Positions 1 to 15,842 of a stretch of DNA of 64,000 nucleotides are shown here, piece after piece. Below the pieces are notes generated by a model. The model was not told the DNA's origin and ran no database searches. It worked only from the letters and a program-made list of their open reading frames with translations. Source of the stretch: Octopus vulgaris (Eukaryota); contig OX597823.1 in the NCBI GenBank assembly GCA_951406725.2, forward strand, positions 22,320,001-22,384,000. The letters run 5' to 3'. Both the position numbers and the translations under genes were made by a program. Within the stretch, counting starts at the first letter, position 1. Every line of letters starts with the position of its first letter.

Positions 1-570
1 ATGCTCACAGCAGCCATATTCCTACCGCTCTATGTCATGCTGGTGAGACCCATATTGGAGTACGGGATTCAAGCCTCTTCTCCTTATCTCCTCAAAGACA
101 TACAGCATCTCGAAAGAGTCCAGAAGCTGGCTACCCGCATGGTTCTTGGTCTCAAGAATTTGTCTTATGAAGAAAGGCTGAAGACGTTGGACCTTTATTC
201 TCTAGAAAAACAACGATGCCGTGGAGATCTCATTCTTGCTCACAACATCATAAGCGGAAAGTGTTACCTCTCGAAAGAGCTGTTCTTCACTCCTGCTCCA
301 GAGCGTCGGCTGCGGGGTCATTCCGAAAAGCTCTATCTGCGACGATTTCATCTCAATCGAAGGAGAGGGGCTTTTTCCCTCCGGGTTGCGGATCCGTGGA
401 ATAAGCTGCCAGACGAGATGGTGAAGATGTCGACGACCGCTCGGTTCAAAGTCTCCCTTGACCTCAAGTGGCCTGAACTCTTTACATGAACACCACCCTG
501 TACATAACTTCATGTCCCCCTACATGGCCTTGCTTTATGCTTTTTGAGCCAACATTAACTAACTGACTAA
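1..570 (+). mobile_element. 3' end of a CR1-clade LINE (ORF2 C-terminus 1-489 plus short 3' UTR)
   Basis: VRPILEYG..SPYL.KDI..LERVQ.LATRMV.GL..LSYEERL..L.L.SLE..R.RGD...RGH..KL...F..RV...WNKLP is the typical CR1-group post-RT region; it ends in a short (TAAC)-like tail. Confidence 0.85.
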
Positions 571-592
571 TATATATATATATATTCATATA

Positions 593-597
593 TAATG

Positions 598-663
<66 letters not shown>
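593..663. repeat. (TAA)n microsatellite
   Basis: direct reading. Confidence 0.95.
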
Positions 664-664
<1 letters not shown>

Positions 665-1126
665 GATAGGGAAATTAAGGCCAACAGACCAGATATAGTT
701 GTCAGAGATCATGAAGGAAAAAAATGCTTTCTAATTGATATATCAATACCGGCAGATGACAACGTGTCTCTGAAAGAAATGGAGAAACATTCAAAATACA
801 AATACCTGGAAATAGAGGTAACTAGAATGTGGAATCTGAAAACAGAAACAATTCCTATCATAGTAGGTGCATTAGGCATGATAAAAAAATATTCAGACAA
901 ATACATAACAAAAACACCAGGACTTACAAACACATATAACATACAGAAAATTGCACTACTAGGCACTGCACACATCCTACGCAGAACACTTTCCATACAA
1001 TAACCATCAGAGCATCACAACAAATCACAGCACATACCCAAGGCACACACAGAGCTGCGCTCGGTAGTGAAGTGAAAGCACGCTATAAAAATAAAACTAC
1101 TGAATAATAATAATAATAGTAATAAT
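664..1126 (+). mobile_element. 5'-truncated R4/Dong-type non-LTR retrotransposon (restriction-like endonuclease C-terminus + 3' UTR) embedded in (TAA)n
   Basis: RPDIVV...CFLIDISIP.D.NVSLKEMEK.SKY..L..E+.RMW......IPIIVGALG (PD-D/ExK RLE); TAA repeats on both sides. Confidence 0.85.
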
Positions 1127-1212
1127 TTGAGGGAATATTATTCCTAACTTACAAGGAAAAATTCAATTTAGAAATACTAAATCAAATTTCACAAAATACA
1201 ATATATATATAA

Positions 1213-1362
1213 AAATTAGAAAAAAAACACCTTTTATCAATTCAAAACGAACAATAAAATTATACCATCTAGAAAATTACATATTTCTATTATACGTAAT
1301 TTTCTAGATGGTGTAACTTTATTGGTCATCTTGAATTGATAAAAGGTGTTTTTTTCTAATTT
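1213..1362. repeat. imperfect inverted repeat (~68 bp arms, 15 nt loop) between TA tracts
   Basis: 1213-1280 is the near reverse complement of 1296-1362. Confidence 0.9.
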
Positions 1363-1476
1363 ATATATATATATATATATATATACTTCAACAATTGAGG
1401 GTAAAATTAATTAATTATTAATCAATTTCACCAAGTGTTCAGTATGCAAAGGGACCATTTAAGGCGAATTCAAATT

Positions 1477-1764
1477 ATTACATTATATAAAAGGGCTTAG
1501 TAAAATAAATTACTTTGCCGCATACTGAACTCATTAGAAATAACAGCTAAAAAACTTTTTTAAAACTATTTCTAATACTTAAAGAAAACCTCTCTCATAT
1601 AGTCTTTGCTCAACTCAACTTCGTGAGTTGAGTTGAGCAAACACTATATGAGAGAGGTTTTCTTTAAGTATTAGAAATAGTTTTAAAAAAGTTTTTAGCT
1701 GCTATTTCTAATGAGTTCAGTATGCGGCAAAGTAATTTATTTTACTAAGCCCTTTTATATAATG

Positions 1765-1768
<4 letters not shown>
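1477..1768. repeat. near-perfect foldback (~144 bp arms, loop tcgtg), probably PLE-derived
   Basis: 1477-1620 is the reverse complement of 1626-1768; the upstream 'ttgaggg..attaatt..atcaattt' end resembles that at 53663. Confidence 0.9.
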
Positions 1769-2670
<902 letters not shown>

Positions 2671-2689
2671 GTCAATCCTCAACATATCC

Positions 2690-3600
2690 TTCTTGACATA
2701 ACTTTTGGTACTGCAGACATCGTTGTGACTATTAATAAAATGAAACTCGATTCAGCAGTGAACCCTGACAGATTTCCCTCTATTATCCTGAAGGAATGCA
2801 GACGTCAACTTCCGAATCATCTGGTTAATCTCTGGAGGAATTCGTTGAACGCAAGTTTTACACCCGAAGATTTTCTATTTCAGTTAGTCCATATCAGTTT
2901 CAGAGAATGTAAGTCATTCCTCGTGAATTACCGTCTGATCCTACTAACCAACCTCTTATATCGTTAAAGTACACGAGAGAGGGGTAAGATAGAAAATAAA
3001 TTAATAAATAGCTGCTTTCCGAGAGAAAAACAATATAAGCATCTAGATCCCAAACAACATAGTTTTCATGGTAGGGTCAGTGACTGCTTCATATAGCTCT
3101 TCTATGACATCCAACTCGGAAAGGGTTGCAATGCAGATGTCATTTACCAATGAGTCTGGGTATGTGACTGAACAGGACTCAAAACTGACCTGTACTCTGT
3201 GATTCAATGAAGAAGAATTATACGATATGCTGCGAAAAAAGGAAGAGTCGAACTCATCCATTTTGGAAAACAGAATATATTTAAACAGACATTCTCTTCC
3301 CTCGAGCGAGCTCCTCGTAGCGTCAAATAATATCAGAAACTTAAGTGTAATTGTGAACAACAGCCTACAATGCACACATCAACAATAAAGTGATATGGTC
3401 TGAAGAATAATGTCATGGACTCTTAGAGCTTTCCACTCCAGAGATCTTGATATCATCCTCCTTCTCTACGTTTCCCAGGTCTAATTTTGATTATTGATCA
3501 TACTAGACAAATACAAAACAGTGCTGAGAACTAAAGTAACCAAGTGATCGATCACAAAATCAAAAAGATTCAAACTATATGTCTCCAATGCCACCAACAG
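2690..3600 (+). mobile_element. old degenerate CR1/L2-like LINE RT fragments
   Basis: INKMKLDSA..PD.FP.IILKEC...L..L..LWRNSL and YR.I.LT; later remnants resembling 'RDLGVIVD..L' and 'WILR.F.SRD'. Confidence 0.5.
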
Positions 3601-4041
3601 TTATTCAATGTGGGAAATATTCTACCAGTACTGTTCAAATGATGTCGATATCAACTTCACAAGTTACTCAAGCACTGCTTCCAGAGCCATACGCATTCTA
3701 CAAAAATAAAATCCACGTCACATAACAGCATTGTGACATCATTCTATTTTACCTCAACTATTCTGCTTTGTTCAACATTATTACGAAGCAAATTAGAAGC
3801 AAAAAACATTTCTTTTCCTCCAGCCCCAACAAATTCCATACAAACCACCAACATCTAGATATATCACGGCATGCAAACAATTCCTTACTAAAATGGGTTA
3901 TGATGTCCTATATGGCTATGACCAGGTGATACTGCTAAGTTATGGTTTGACTGCGCTTGACATGGCAAGACCTATTGAAGTTCTATCTATCTATCGATCT
4001 ATCGACCTATCGAGTGATCGATCTATCTGTTTATTTATCTA

Positions 4042-4074
<33 letters not shown>

Positions 4075-4075
<1 letters not shown>

Positions 4076-4232
4076 GGGTTCAAATTCCGTCGAGGTCGAC
4101 TTTGCCTTTCATCCTTTCGAGGTCGATAAATTAAGTACCAGTTACGCACTGGGGTCTATGTAATCGACTTAATCCATTTGTCTGTCCTTGTTTGTCCCCT
4201 CTGTGTTTAGCCCCATGTGGGTAGTTAAAAAT
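4075..4232 (+). mobile_element. tRNA-derived SINE, family A (partial)
   Basis: box B gggttcaaattcc plus core gaggtcgactttgcctttcatcctttcg.ggtcgataaa shared with ~11 other copies. Confidence 0.85.
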
Positions 4233-4242
4233 AAATTATTAC

Positions 4243-5837
<1,595 letters not shown>

Positions 5838-6124
5838 CATCATCATCATCCTCATCATCATCAGTTAATAAGGAGAGACACAAATAAGAAAGAAGAAAAC
5901 AAAGGACCACTGATGCGGTCACAGGAGTGTGACGAAAGAACTCTGGTCGAAATAAGATTAAGATTAATGTAAAAAATAAATAACACTGGAGCAAAATAAC
6001 ACCAAATATATAGTGCGTGTGTTTTTATTGGCTAAACTGGCAAAATGACCATTCTGAAATATAACAATATCTGTTTCAACACACGACTTCACATAAAAAA
6101 ATCTTGCACAACAAATATTTAAAC

Positions 6125-6183
<59 letters not shown>

Positions 6184-6524
6184 TTATAAAGACTGACGTA
6201 AGTCTTCACGAAGGTAAATAGATGATAAGAAGAGCGTGATGCGCTTTGTCATGGATTTTTTTTTATTTAACGGTTCGAACGATATTCCAACAGATCGTCT
6301 GCCTTCTTCAAGTTCAAAATGCAAAATGAAACAACCACTGAAATTTAAGATATAAACGAGAAAATACTGCGTTCCTGTTTTGAAAAATGACATAATCAGT
6401 TTTCTGATTTTTAACTGGTAATATGCTGGTAACTTTCATGCAACACTTTTGAAATGACAGCGAAATTTCGGTGCCAGTTAATCACTAAAGGAATTCCATC
6501 ACAAAATTTACTTTGCCAGAATTA

Positions 6525-6703
6525 TGCGTAGGGAGTGGCTGTGTGGTAAGTTGCTTGCTAACAAGCCACATGTTTCCGGGTCCAGTCCCACTGCGTGGCA
6601 TCTTGGGCAAGAGTCTTCTGCTATAGCCCCGGGCCGACCAATGCCTTGTGAGTGGATTTGGTAGACGGAAACTGAAAGAAGCCTGTTGTATATATGCATA
6701 TAT

Positions 6704-6767
<64 letters not shown>

Positions 6768-6996
6768 ATGTATGTGTTTGTGTATCTGTGTTTGTCCCCT
6801 TAGCATTGCTTGACAACCGATGCTGGTGTGTTTATGTCCCCGTCACTTAGCGGTTTGGCAAAAGAGACCGATAGAATAAGTACTGGGCTTACAAAAAATA
6901 AGTCCCGGGGTCGATATGCTAAACTAAAGGCGGTGCTCCAGCATGGCCGCAGTCAAATGACTGAAACAAGTAAAAGAGTAAAAGAGTAAAAGAGTA
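6525..6996 (+). mobile_element. tRNA-derived SINE, family B, with internal (TA)/(TG) tract
   Basis: ggagtggctgtgtggtaag (box A) ... (GTAAAAGA)n tail; copies at 13377 and 20264. Confidence 0.85.
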
Positions 6997-6999
6997 GAA

Positions 7000-7470
7000 G
7001 TTTGACTTTCCTTGCTAATTGTAACTATGTCATTTGCAATTTCTTTAATCGTGATTCACTGTAGCTGCGTTTCACCTAATGGTGTACAAAAGCATTTGCA
7101 TGTTTCCAATAATCCCCTATATCAGCAAAATCCGTTTCATCCTTAAAAATTGGGATTTTGGATTTGACGGAATTATATGATATGGATGATCGGAGCGATG
7201 GTGAAGGTAACTGTGGGAGGACGTGGGCTTGCAAAATAACTCTGTGACTATCCTGCCCCCAGAAGATCTAAGTTTTGTGTTCAAAAACTCAACGCTAGTT
7301 TTTGAAAAACTAGACGTAATTTTAATTTTGGACCTAATGCCATAGTTGTTAGCGTAACAGTCACAGAAATACAAGTTAAAGAAGACATTCAAATACTTGC
7401 TTGGTCTTGCAGCAATACTCTGGTTACGGTTTACTGATGATGTTTTGTTTGTCCGGGAAGGACAGTTTAA
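7000..7470 (-). pseudogene. degenerate Penelope-like RT/thumb fragment
   Basis: IKIT..FSK..VEFL.......G.IVTELFCKPT.SHSYLH..S.HP.H.....PKSQFLRMKRI matches the equivalent region of the PLE at 22-26 kb. Confidence 0.8.
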
Positions 7471-8235
7471 TTAACTTTAGGAATCAAAGTAAAATTTGTG
7501 ATTATCTGGCACCGAAATTTCACTGATATTTCAAAAGTATTGTATGAAAGTTACCAGCATATTGCAGAAAAATATTCTCGTTTCTAACAAATATTCCCTC
7601 AGACGCATATTGTAGCCTTTAGACTCAATAAATGTAAAAGGGTAATGCCTCTAACCTCAAGAAAACCACCTTTGGAGTTTCTGAATGCTCGACCTTGAAA
7701 AACAGCCGTAAGAGAGGTAAGCCCTGTTCAATGTGCATCGACATGAGTCAAGTCAATTTCATCACGAATCATAACAGAAATATTCTAGTTTACAGAAAGT
7801 AGGACGTGTAAAGAATTCCATTTGGTGCACACAGCAGAATGCACCAAACACAGGTTCAAGATTCAATGGCTATAGGTATGATGTCTGGCACAAATAGCAG
7901 TAGTTCGACAGGACTTGCCGAGCGTTTTACATCAAAGGGCTACAGTTTAGAGGAACATCTGAAAGTGTACGGTCGCAGAAAATATTCTGAATCTACACTT
8001 TCAGTTCTCAAAATGCTTGAAGACAAATATATTATTAGCATCATGTCCTGGAGGAATGGAAAAAATTGACAGGTGAATTTTATCACATTCACATAGAACT
8101 GTTCGACTTAATATAATTTTTTTCTTGAATTTCTGTGTTTCTGTGGTTGTTTTAATTTTACATTTTGAACCCGAAGAAGACGGACAAGCAGTTATTCAAA
8201 CCGTTAAATAAACAATCTATTACAAATCACATCGT

Positions 8236-8323
8236 GCTTCTTCTTCTTCTTCTTCTTCTTCTTCTTCTTCTTCTTCTTCTTCTTCTTCTTCTTCTTCTTC
8301 TTCTTCTTCTTCTTCTTCTTCTT

Positions 8324-8392
<69 letters not shown>
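8236..8392. repeat. (CTT)n + (ATT)n microsatellite
   Basis: direct reading. Confidence 0.95.
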
Positions 8393-8395
<3 letters not shown>

Positions 8396-9455
8396 GCGTG
8401 CTTTCACTTCACTACCGAGCGCAGCTCTATGTGCCTTGGGTATGTGTTATGATTTGTTGTGATGCTCTGATGGTTACTGTATTGAAAGTGTTTTGCGTAG
8501 GATGTGTGCAGTGCCCAGTAGTGCAATTTTCTGTATGTTATATGCGTTTGTAAGTTCTGGTGTTTTTGTTATGTATTTGTCTGATTATTTTTTATTATAC
8601 CTAATACGCCTACTATGATAGGAATTGTTTCTGTTTTTAGATTCCACATTCCAGTTACCTCTATTTCCAGGTCTTTGTATTTTGAAAGTTTCTCCATTTC
8701 TTTTAGAGACACGTTGTCATTTGCTGGTATTGATACATCAAAGGCGGCGAGCCGGCAGAAACGTTAGCACGCCGGACGAAATACTTAGCGGTATTTCGTC
8801 TGCCGTTACGTTGTGAGTTCAAATTCCGCCGAGGTCGACTTTGCCTTTCATCCTTTCGGGGTCGATAAATTAAGTACCAGTTACGCACTGGGGTCGATGT
8901 AATCGACTTAATACCTATGTCTGTCCTTGTTTGTCCCCTCTGTGTTTAGCCCCTTGTGGGTAATAAAGAAATAGGTATTGATACATCAATTAGAAAACAT
9001 TTTTTTCTTCATGATCTCTGGCAACTATATCTGGCCTATTGACATTAATTTCTGTATCTGTGTGTATTGGCCTATCCCAGAGAATGGTTGCTTTCTCGCT
9101 TTCTGTTACCTTTTCTTGTGTGTACCTATACCATCTTTTTCCTGTTGTTATTCCATAATGTTGGTATAGCTTCCAGTGTATGTAGGTCCCAATTCTGTCG
9201 TGTCTATGAATATATTCCTTCTTATCCAGGACTGGGCAGCCAGAGATAATATGATATAGTGTTTCTTGTCCATCTCCACATATTCTTCAGTTACTTGTTA
9301 TGTTTCTTTTCATTATAAGTTTTTGGTAATTTCTGGTGGGGAGGCTTTGGTCTTGTGCTGCAATTAAAAATCCCTCCGTCTATGCCTTTAGTCCTGAGCT
9401 TCTCAACCATTGCTGGGATTTTTCTCTGTTTATTTGTTTTGCATTTAGTTAGTCC
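8392..9455 (-). mobile_element. R4/Dong-type LINE 3' fragment (CCHC knuckle + RLE), interrupted by a SINE
   Basis: reverse complement of the 664-1126 sequence, extended into C..CG...ET...IISGCP.L...EY..RHD; flanked by (ATT)n. Confidence 0.85.
8742..8973 (+). mobile_element. full-length family A SINE with a 16 bp target-site duplication
   Basis: ggtattgatacatcaa at 8726-8741 and 8974-8989. Confidence 0.9.
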
Positions 9456-9471
9456 ATTATTATTATTATCA

Positions 9472-9564
<93 letters not shown>

Positions 9565-9565
9565 A

Positions 9566-9605
<40 letters not shown>

Positions 9606-9639
9606 GTTGTTGTTGTTGTTGTTATTATTATTATTGTTG

Positions 9640-9721
<82 letters not shown>

Positions 9722-9734
9722 GCAGTAGTCTTAT

Positions 9735-10412
9735 TTTTATTATGTGCTATTACTGCACTACCGAGCACAGCTCTGCGTGCCTTTGGTATGTGCTGTGGTT
9801 TATTGTGGAGCTCTTATTTTCACTGTGTTGAAGTGCTTTACGTCGGATGTGCGCGGTGCCTAGTAGTGCTATTTTCTGTATGTTATATACGTTCGTAAGT
9901 CCTGGTATTTTGGTTATGTATTTGTCTGAATGTTTTTAATCATACCTAATGCTCCTATTGTTAGAAGAATTGTTTCTATTTTTTGGCTCCACATTCGGGT
10001 TACTTCTATTTCCAGATCGTTTTAGTATTTTGAGAGTTTCTCCATTTCTTTTAAAGAGACATTGGCATCTGTTGGTATTGATTCATCGATTAGAAGGCAT
10101 TTTTTCTTGGGGATTTTTGACAACTATATCCGGCCTATTGGCCTTGACTTCTCTATATGTATGTATTGGCCTATCCCAGAATACGGCTGCTTTCTCATTT
10201 TCTGAGCCCTTTTCTGGGGTGTGCCTATATTATATTTTTTCTGTTGTCAATCCATAGTGTTGGCATAACTTCCAGTGTATATAGGTCCCAACTCTGTAAT
10301 GTCTGTGGATATATTCCTTCTTAGCCAGGACTGGACAGCCAGAGACAATATAATTTATTGTTCCTTCCCAATCACCACAAATTCTGTAGTTATTTGTATT
10401 TCTCTTCATTAT
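9735..10412 (-). mobile_element. third R4/Dong-type LINE 3' fragment (diverged)
   Basis: homologous to 8392-9455; its 3' end abuts the (ATT)n array at 9456-9720. Confidence 0.85.
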
Positions 10413-10559
10413 GTGAATAAGAAAGTTGGTAGGTAAGCTTATTGGATTTATAGTAAATACTGTAGTTAGATTAAATATTTAAACATTGAAGTGTAGTCTA
10501 TCCTATCTGAGTTGCAAAACAGGTAGCTGAAAGTGAATTTCGTCAGAAAATTTAAGTTC

Positions 10560-11650
10560 CCATCATGCCAAAGTCATCCTGCACAGACCTTCTCAAATTC
10601 GACCAAACAACCTATTATTTTGCCCGGGCCAAAAACATGGAGGAGGCTGGTGAGAGAAAGCTGGTTAAAAGCCAAGAGTTGGTAGTGTAATGTTGATGCC
10701 AAAGTTGGCGGATACATTGCATGCCAGATGTATGCAGCTGAGATAATTAACTTTACAATGCCCTTCTTAGGCTTGGTGTTACTGGTGCAGTAAAGAGGAG
10801 GGTCTTATTTTCCATCACCGAAACTTCAGAGAAGTCCACTAGAAGGTTTGGGATAAAGAGGGCAGGTTTGAGGGCACTGGGATGAAAGCTAAAACTTGGT
10901 CAAACCTGGCTAGATCAACTAGGATAGGGAATCGGATGTTAAAGGTTCTAAAACACACTAAAATCTCATCAGCAGAGATGGGTGAGATTGGGAGAATCAT
11001 AGAAGGGCAGTCATGCAACTCTCAAGATAAACCAAGAAAGGCAGGAAGAAATCCGATGGTTTTGTGACTGAAACTAAAAAATACATTTGGGTCTATTCCA
11101 CATAATTAGCAAAGAAGGCTTTTTGAAAACATCACATGCCCAGTAAGATGAGAGTTACTCAAATCAGAGTGAAACGGGTCAGCTAAAAGTGTCATAAATA
11201 GTTGCATCATTTCAGTTATTCTTTTTGTTGTTGCTGTGTACGTGGTAGAGAAGTCAGCAGGAATGGAGTGTTGACTGTCATGATAAAAAGCTTTCATGAT
11301 AAACTGATTGTAAAAGTATCATTAGTTGCTAGAGGCAGGCGAATCCTTCAAGGAATTGAAACGCTCGCCTCATGGGCAACGATGATCTTCAAACCATCAA
11401 CATTAAGGTCTTTTCTACTGAAAATATGAAATGTAATGGAAAAGTCCTGCTTCCCTTTATCCAAAACTACCATCACAGCATTGACAGAAAAACCAGTTAA
11501 GAGCATGGAGAAACACTTTCACAGCAACAGTAAAGACACGGTTTCCATTTATACAACCAGCAGAGACACCGAGAGCTGGTAAACAAAGGCTGATGAATTT
11601 GGGTTGCTTGGACACTTTGAGGCTTAGACATACCAACGCGCCTCACTGCT
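10560..11650 (-). mobile_element. possible highly degenerate DIRS-like tyrosine-recombinase remnant
   Basis: faint fragments (L..L..DPF..., ELH, TS.AF) across broken frames; no intact motif. Confidence 0.25.
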
Positions 11651-12213
11651 CAGGATCTTGTGGATCCGTCATTATACGATGTCAGTAAATCAACTGGGGA
11701 AACCCTGGAAAAAAAGATAAGCAATTTTTGAGGAATTAGCTAAGGATCACAAGCGATATTGCTTTGTATAGGTTCACTAATACCCTACGACTCACTTTCA
11801 GGTGGCCTCTCAATTGTGACACGAACAAATGAATTCATGAGTTACACAGATTGCTGGTATACTACAGTAGTAGAAGCTAGAAATGATGTTTTCACGGGAA
11901 GAATGTAGATTACTGCCAGTGGATTTTAGGTGGCAAAGGACAGAAATCTCTTGCGGGGCTGTGAAAGTAGGGTGATTCGACACGGACCACTTTTCAGCCT
12001 AATAGTTAAAGGAAAAAACAAACAGCATCCCATCCAAGAATTAGTCTGTGCAGACGTTATTCAGTCTAGTACTCCGAAGCAGCAAACACTGGGCCTATTT
12101 CTCTCAGCCGCAAACAAGCAACTGAGAATGAATCTCGTCAGACCATTTTAGCACCCAGAATACGTCGTGCCGACTACAATTCACTGAAACATCTTCTCAA
12201 ATTCCCCCAAAAA

Positions 12214-12356
12214 CATACATACATACGTACATACATACATACATACATACATACATACATACATACATACATACATACATACGTACATACATACGTACAT
12301 ACATACATACATACATACATACATACATACATACATACATACATACATACATACAT
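12214..12356. repeat. (TACA)n microsatellite
   Basis: direct reading. Confidence 0.95.
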
Positions 12357-12720
12357 AAATGCATGCATGCATCTGCTCACACAGTGACTCCAAATACTGC
12401 ATATATACATACATGCAAAAATAGCGATGTTGAAATTTCAATGAAGGAGCCTTGAATCTATGTTAAAAATTGGTTCTTTCTTGTTCGTGGCTGAGGGAAA
12501 TCTTGAAATAAAAGTGTATAACGACATATACATTCATTCATAAATACATACAAACACACACACATGCATACACACACATACATACAAACATACATACATG
12601 CACACATGCACACATACACATATAGGGTAACAATAAAGTCGAGATACAATATATGAGCATTCTTGTTTTTTTTTTCTTCCGCAGCTTCAATAAAAGTTTG
12701 TCAATTTCGTCAATCTGTGT

Positions 12721-12752
<32 letters not shown>

Positions 12753-12937
12753 TGGGGAGGAATGCATTATGCATATATGGCAGCTAAATGAAACAGTTCG
12801 AGAAAATATATTATTCATTTTAGATTTGACTGCTTGTGAGACGTAGCTCAGTTTTTGATAAATTCTTCCTTAGTTTGGCATTCATAGGCACACCGAATTG
12901 CTGATCGTTTTAAATATTAATCTGTTTAAGGTGTTGA

Positions 12938-13178
12938 AAGGCTGCGAGCAGGCAGAATGGTTACCACGCTGAGCAAAATGCGCAGCAGTACTTTGTCATT
13001 CATAAATAAATACATACAATACTCTTTACGTTCTGAGTTCAAATTCTGCCGAGGCCGATTTCACCTTTCATCTTTTCGGGGTCGATAAAGTAAGTAATAG
13101 TTGAGTACCGGGGGTTGATATAATCGATTTTACCCTTTCCGCAAACTTGTCGGCCCTTTGCTAAAATTTGAAATCATT
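12938..13178 (+). mobile_element. family A SINE (diverged)
   Basis: gagttcaaattctgccgagg...ggtcgataaa core. Confidence 0.75.
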
Positions 13179-13376
13179 ATGAGCCCCATTATTAAACTAT
13201 GTCTCTTAGTCATTGCACAGTGATCGCTTTAAGCTTTATGCTTATATAAATATCATTATTATTTACAGGATTGTAAAACCCGGCGCCGTATAACAAAACC
13301 ATTCGTACCGAAAACCAATATACTGAAGACGTAGAATGATACGATTTTATCCTGGAATAGAAAAAAAAACATTGAC

Positions 13377-13538
13377 AGGCGTAGGAGTGGCTGTGTGGTA
13401 AGTAGCTTGCTTACCAACCACATGGTTCCGGATTCAGTCCCACTGCGTGGCACCTTGGGCAACTGTCTGCTACTATAGCCTCGGGCCGACCAAAGCCTTG
13501 TAAGTGAATCTGGTAGACGGAAACTGAAAGAAGCCCGT

Positions 13539-13585
<47 letters not shown>

Positions 13586-13806
13586 TTGTGTGTTTGTGTG
13601 TTTGCGTGTTTGTGTGTTTGTGTTTGTCCCCCCCCCCAACATCGTTTGACAACCGATGCTGGTGTGTTTACATCCACGTAACTTAGCGGTTCGGCAAAAG
13701 TAACCGATAGAATAAGTACTAGGCTTACAAAGATTTGCTCGACTAAAGGTGGTGCTCCAGCATGGCCACAGTCACATGGCTGAAACAAGTAAAAGAGTAA
13801 AGAGTA
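13377..13806 (+). mobile_element. family B SINE
   Basis: homologous to 6525-6996. Confidence 0.85.
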
Positions 13807-14024
13807 TGTTTGTTATTATATTGCTAACTAAAATACAGCCCTTATTTATTTGAATGAATTTGTAAACCAATTGTGAATTTTAACTGCGTTCATAAGAATA
13901 TCTAGAACATTTTTATTCATTGATATATTGTAGTGGTGTTTCACACACGACTGTGTACATTGTTCTTCAGTAAATATAATGCTAAATTCTAATTTCTGGC
14001 AAATACAGGTCGAATATAAAATAA

Positions 14025-14353
14025 GAAGGAACCCCTTCGGTCATGAATGACCATGAGATTGCACCTAGAAAGTTACCCTCCGAGGCACAAGTCTGGACAA
14101 GGTAGTGTATGGAAGACCAACAGTCGCCCTTGCATACCAGCCACCCCTCATCACACAACTGATGTTATCTAAGGGAAAGCCCGGTACAGCTTGGCACCAG
14201 TGACGTTGCAATATATTTCTACAACTGATTGAACTGGAGCAACGGGAAATAAAGTGTCTTGTTCAAGAATACAACACATAGCCAGGTCCGGGAATCGAAC
14301 TCACTAACTCATGATTGTGAGCCCGACGCTCTAATCACCGAGCCATGCACCTT
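14025..14353 (-). mobile_element. tRNA-derived SINE, family C
   Basis: tRNA-like head on the minus strand (gagttcgattccc); homologous to 27975-28302. Confidence 0.8.
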
Positions 14354-14489
14354 CAGCTATATATATATATTGCGGCGTACATGGTAAAAGGAGTTCATTT
14401 TCTACCTTTTCCTATGTATACTTTGCAAATTATTTCGTTTCCGCCATTATTATAGAGATCTCCTGAAATAGAATAAACAAAAGATAATA

Positions 14490-14755
14490 CAGTAATCCCT
14501 CGCCATATCGCGATTTTCCTATCGCGGTTGACTTATGGCGGTTGACCTATCGCGGTTTATTATTTAAGCTGACGTCGATTCCTCCGTGGTGTTGTTTTGA
14601 ATTTATAATAAAATAAGTATATACAAATTATAAAAATATAAAAACTATTAAAAAATTATAAAATATATACAGTACAGCACTGTTTCTACTTCGCGGATTT
14701 TCACCTATCGCGGGGCTTTTGGAACGTCACATCCGGGATAGTTGAAAAATTACTG
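14490..14755. mobile_element. pogo/Tigger-type MITE
   Basis: TA|CAGTAATCCCTCG...AATTACTG|TA imperfect TIRs with TA TSD. Confidence 0.7.
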
Positions 14756-14834
14756 TAGTGCCTATAATTGACTGCAGTGAAGGACTGATTGGTTCTGACT
14801 TCTGAAAATTTTAAAAGAGAAATATCTTAAATAT

Positions 14835-15239
14835 ATTGAAGTATCGCCCGGCGTTGCTTGGGTTTGTAAGGGAAATAACTATATAAGCATTTTTAGAGAT
14901 GTAAAGTATAATAGCCATCTCAATATCGCTAACCACAAAGGGGGGTGGTGTTACTGTAGCTTTTTACGTTCTGAGATTTAATAATACATTTTTAGAGAGT
15001 TACTTCCCTTATATATGCCAAAAATGCATTAAAAATGGGGAAAATTGATGGTAAATTTTTTTAAATCGTAGACTCATCGTAGACGCGCGCTAATACCCAG
15101 AAGGGCTCGATATGAATCACGACTATAAGATTCCCGGTTTTGGTTAAACTGCACCGCAAAATGTGGGAGTAGTTAGGAATCTAAATCGCAGGAGACACAA
15201 CCTCTCTTTTATACACAACCTCTCTTTTATATATAAAGA
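14835..15239 (-). mobile_element. non-autonomous Helitron
   Basis: minus-strand 5' A|TCTTTATATATAAAAG and 3' subterminal hairpin CCCAAGCAACGCCGGG; terminal CTAG is eroded. Confidence 0.7.
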
Positions 15240-15692
15240 TGTTACACTGCAGTCTCTTTCTGGAAATGAACTCTTTCACTACTACTTTTGGATGTTTTTA
15301 CGCATACAGCGTAGAGAGTAAGTGTTAGCAAAGGATTTGACTGATTAAATTATGCATGCAGGGTTTGCTATTTCTACTAATGTAAATACTGTAATACAAA
15401 TGTAAATGATGTAAATGATATACATAATTCCTCATCTCTTAAATATAGAACTGTATTTCTACTAAGTCAAAAAAAATGACACACAAACGCACACTGGTGC
15501 TCTCACACTCACTCACACACACACACACACACACAAACACACGCATCCCAATAAAGGAGCATAATAAGAAAATTAAAACGTGTGTGCTTGCGCGCGCGCG
15601 CGTGTGTGTGTGTGTATGTGTAGGCACAGTATGAAAATGAGTGTGTATATATATATATATTGTGTGTGTGTGTGTGTGTGCATTTCGGATTG

Positions 15693-15744
<52 letters not shown>

Positions 15745-15747
<3 letters not shown>

Positions 15748-15842
15748 CGACGGGCTTCTTTCAGTTTCCGTCTACCAAATCCACTGAGTGGGACTGAACC
15801 TGGAACCATGTAGTTGAGAAGTAAACTTCGTACCACACAGCT
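15745..15842 (-). mobile_element. family B SINE 5' fragment with an internal deletion
   Basis: reverse complement of the family B head. Confidence 0.7.

Noticed and set aside
8742-8830. tRNA-like box A/B sequences in many places
   Set aside because: They are SINE heads without a full cloverleaf; not tRNA genes
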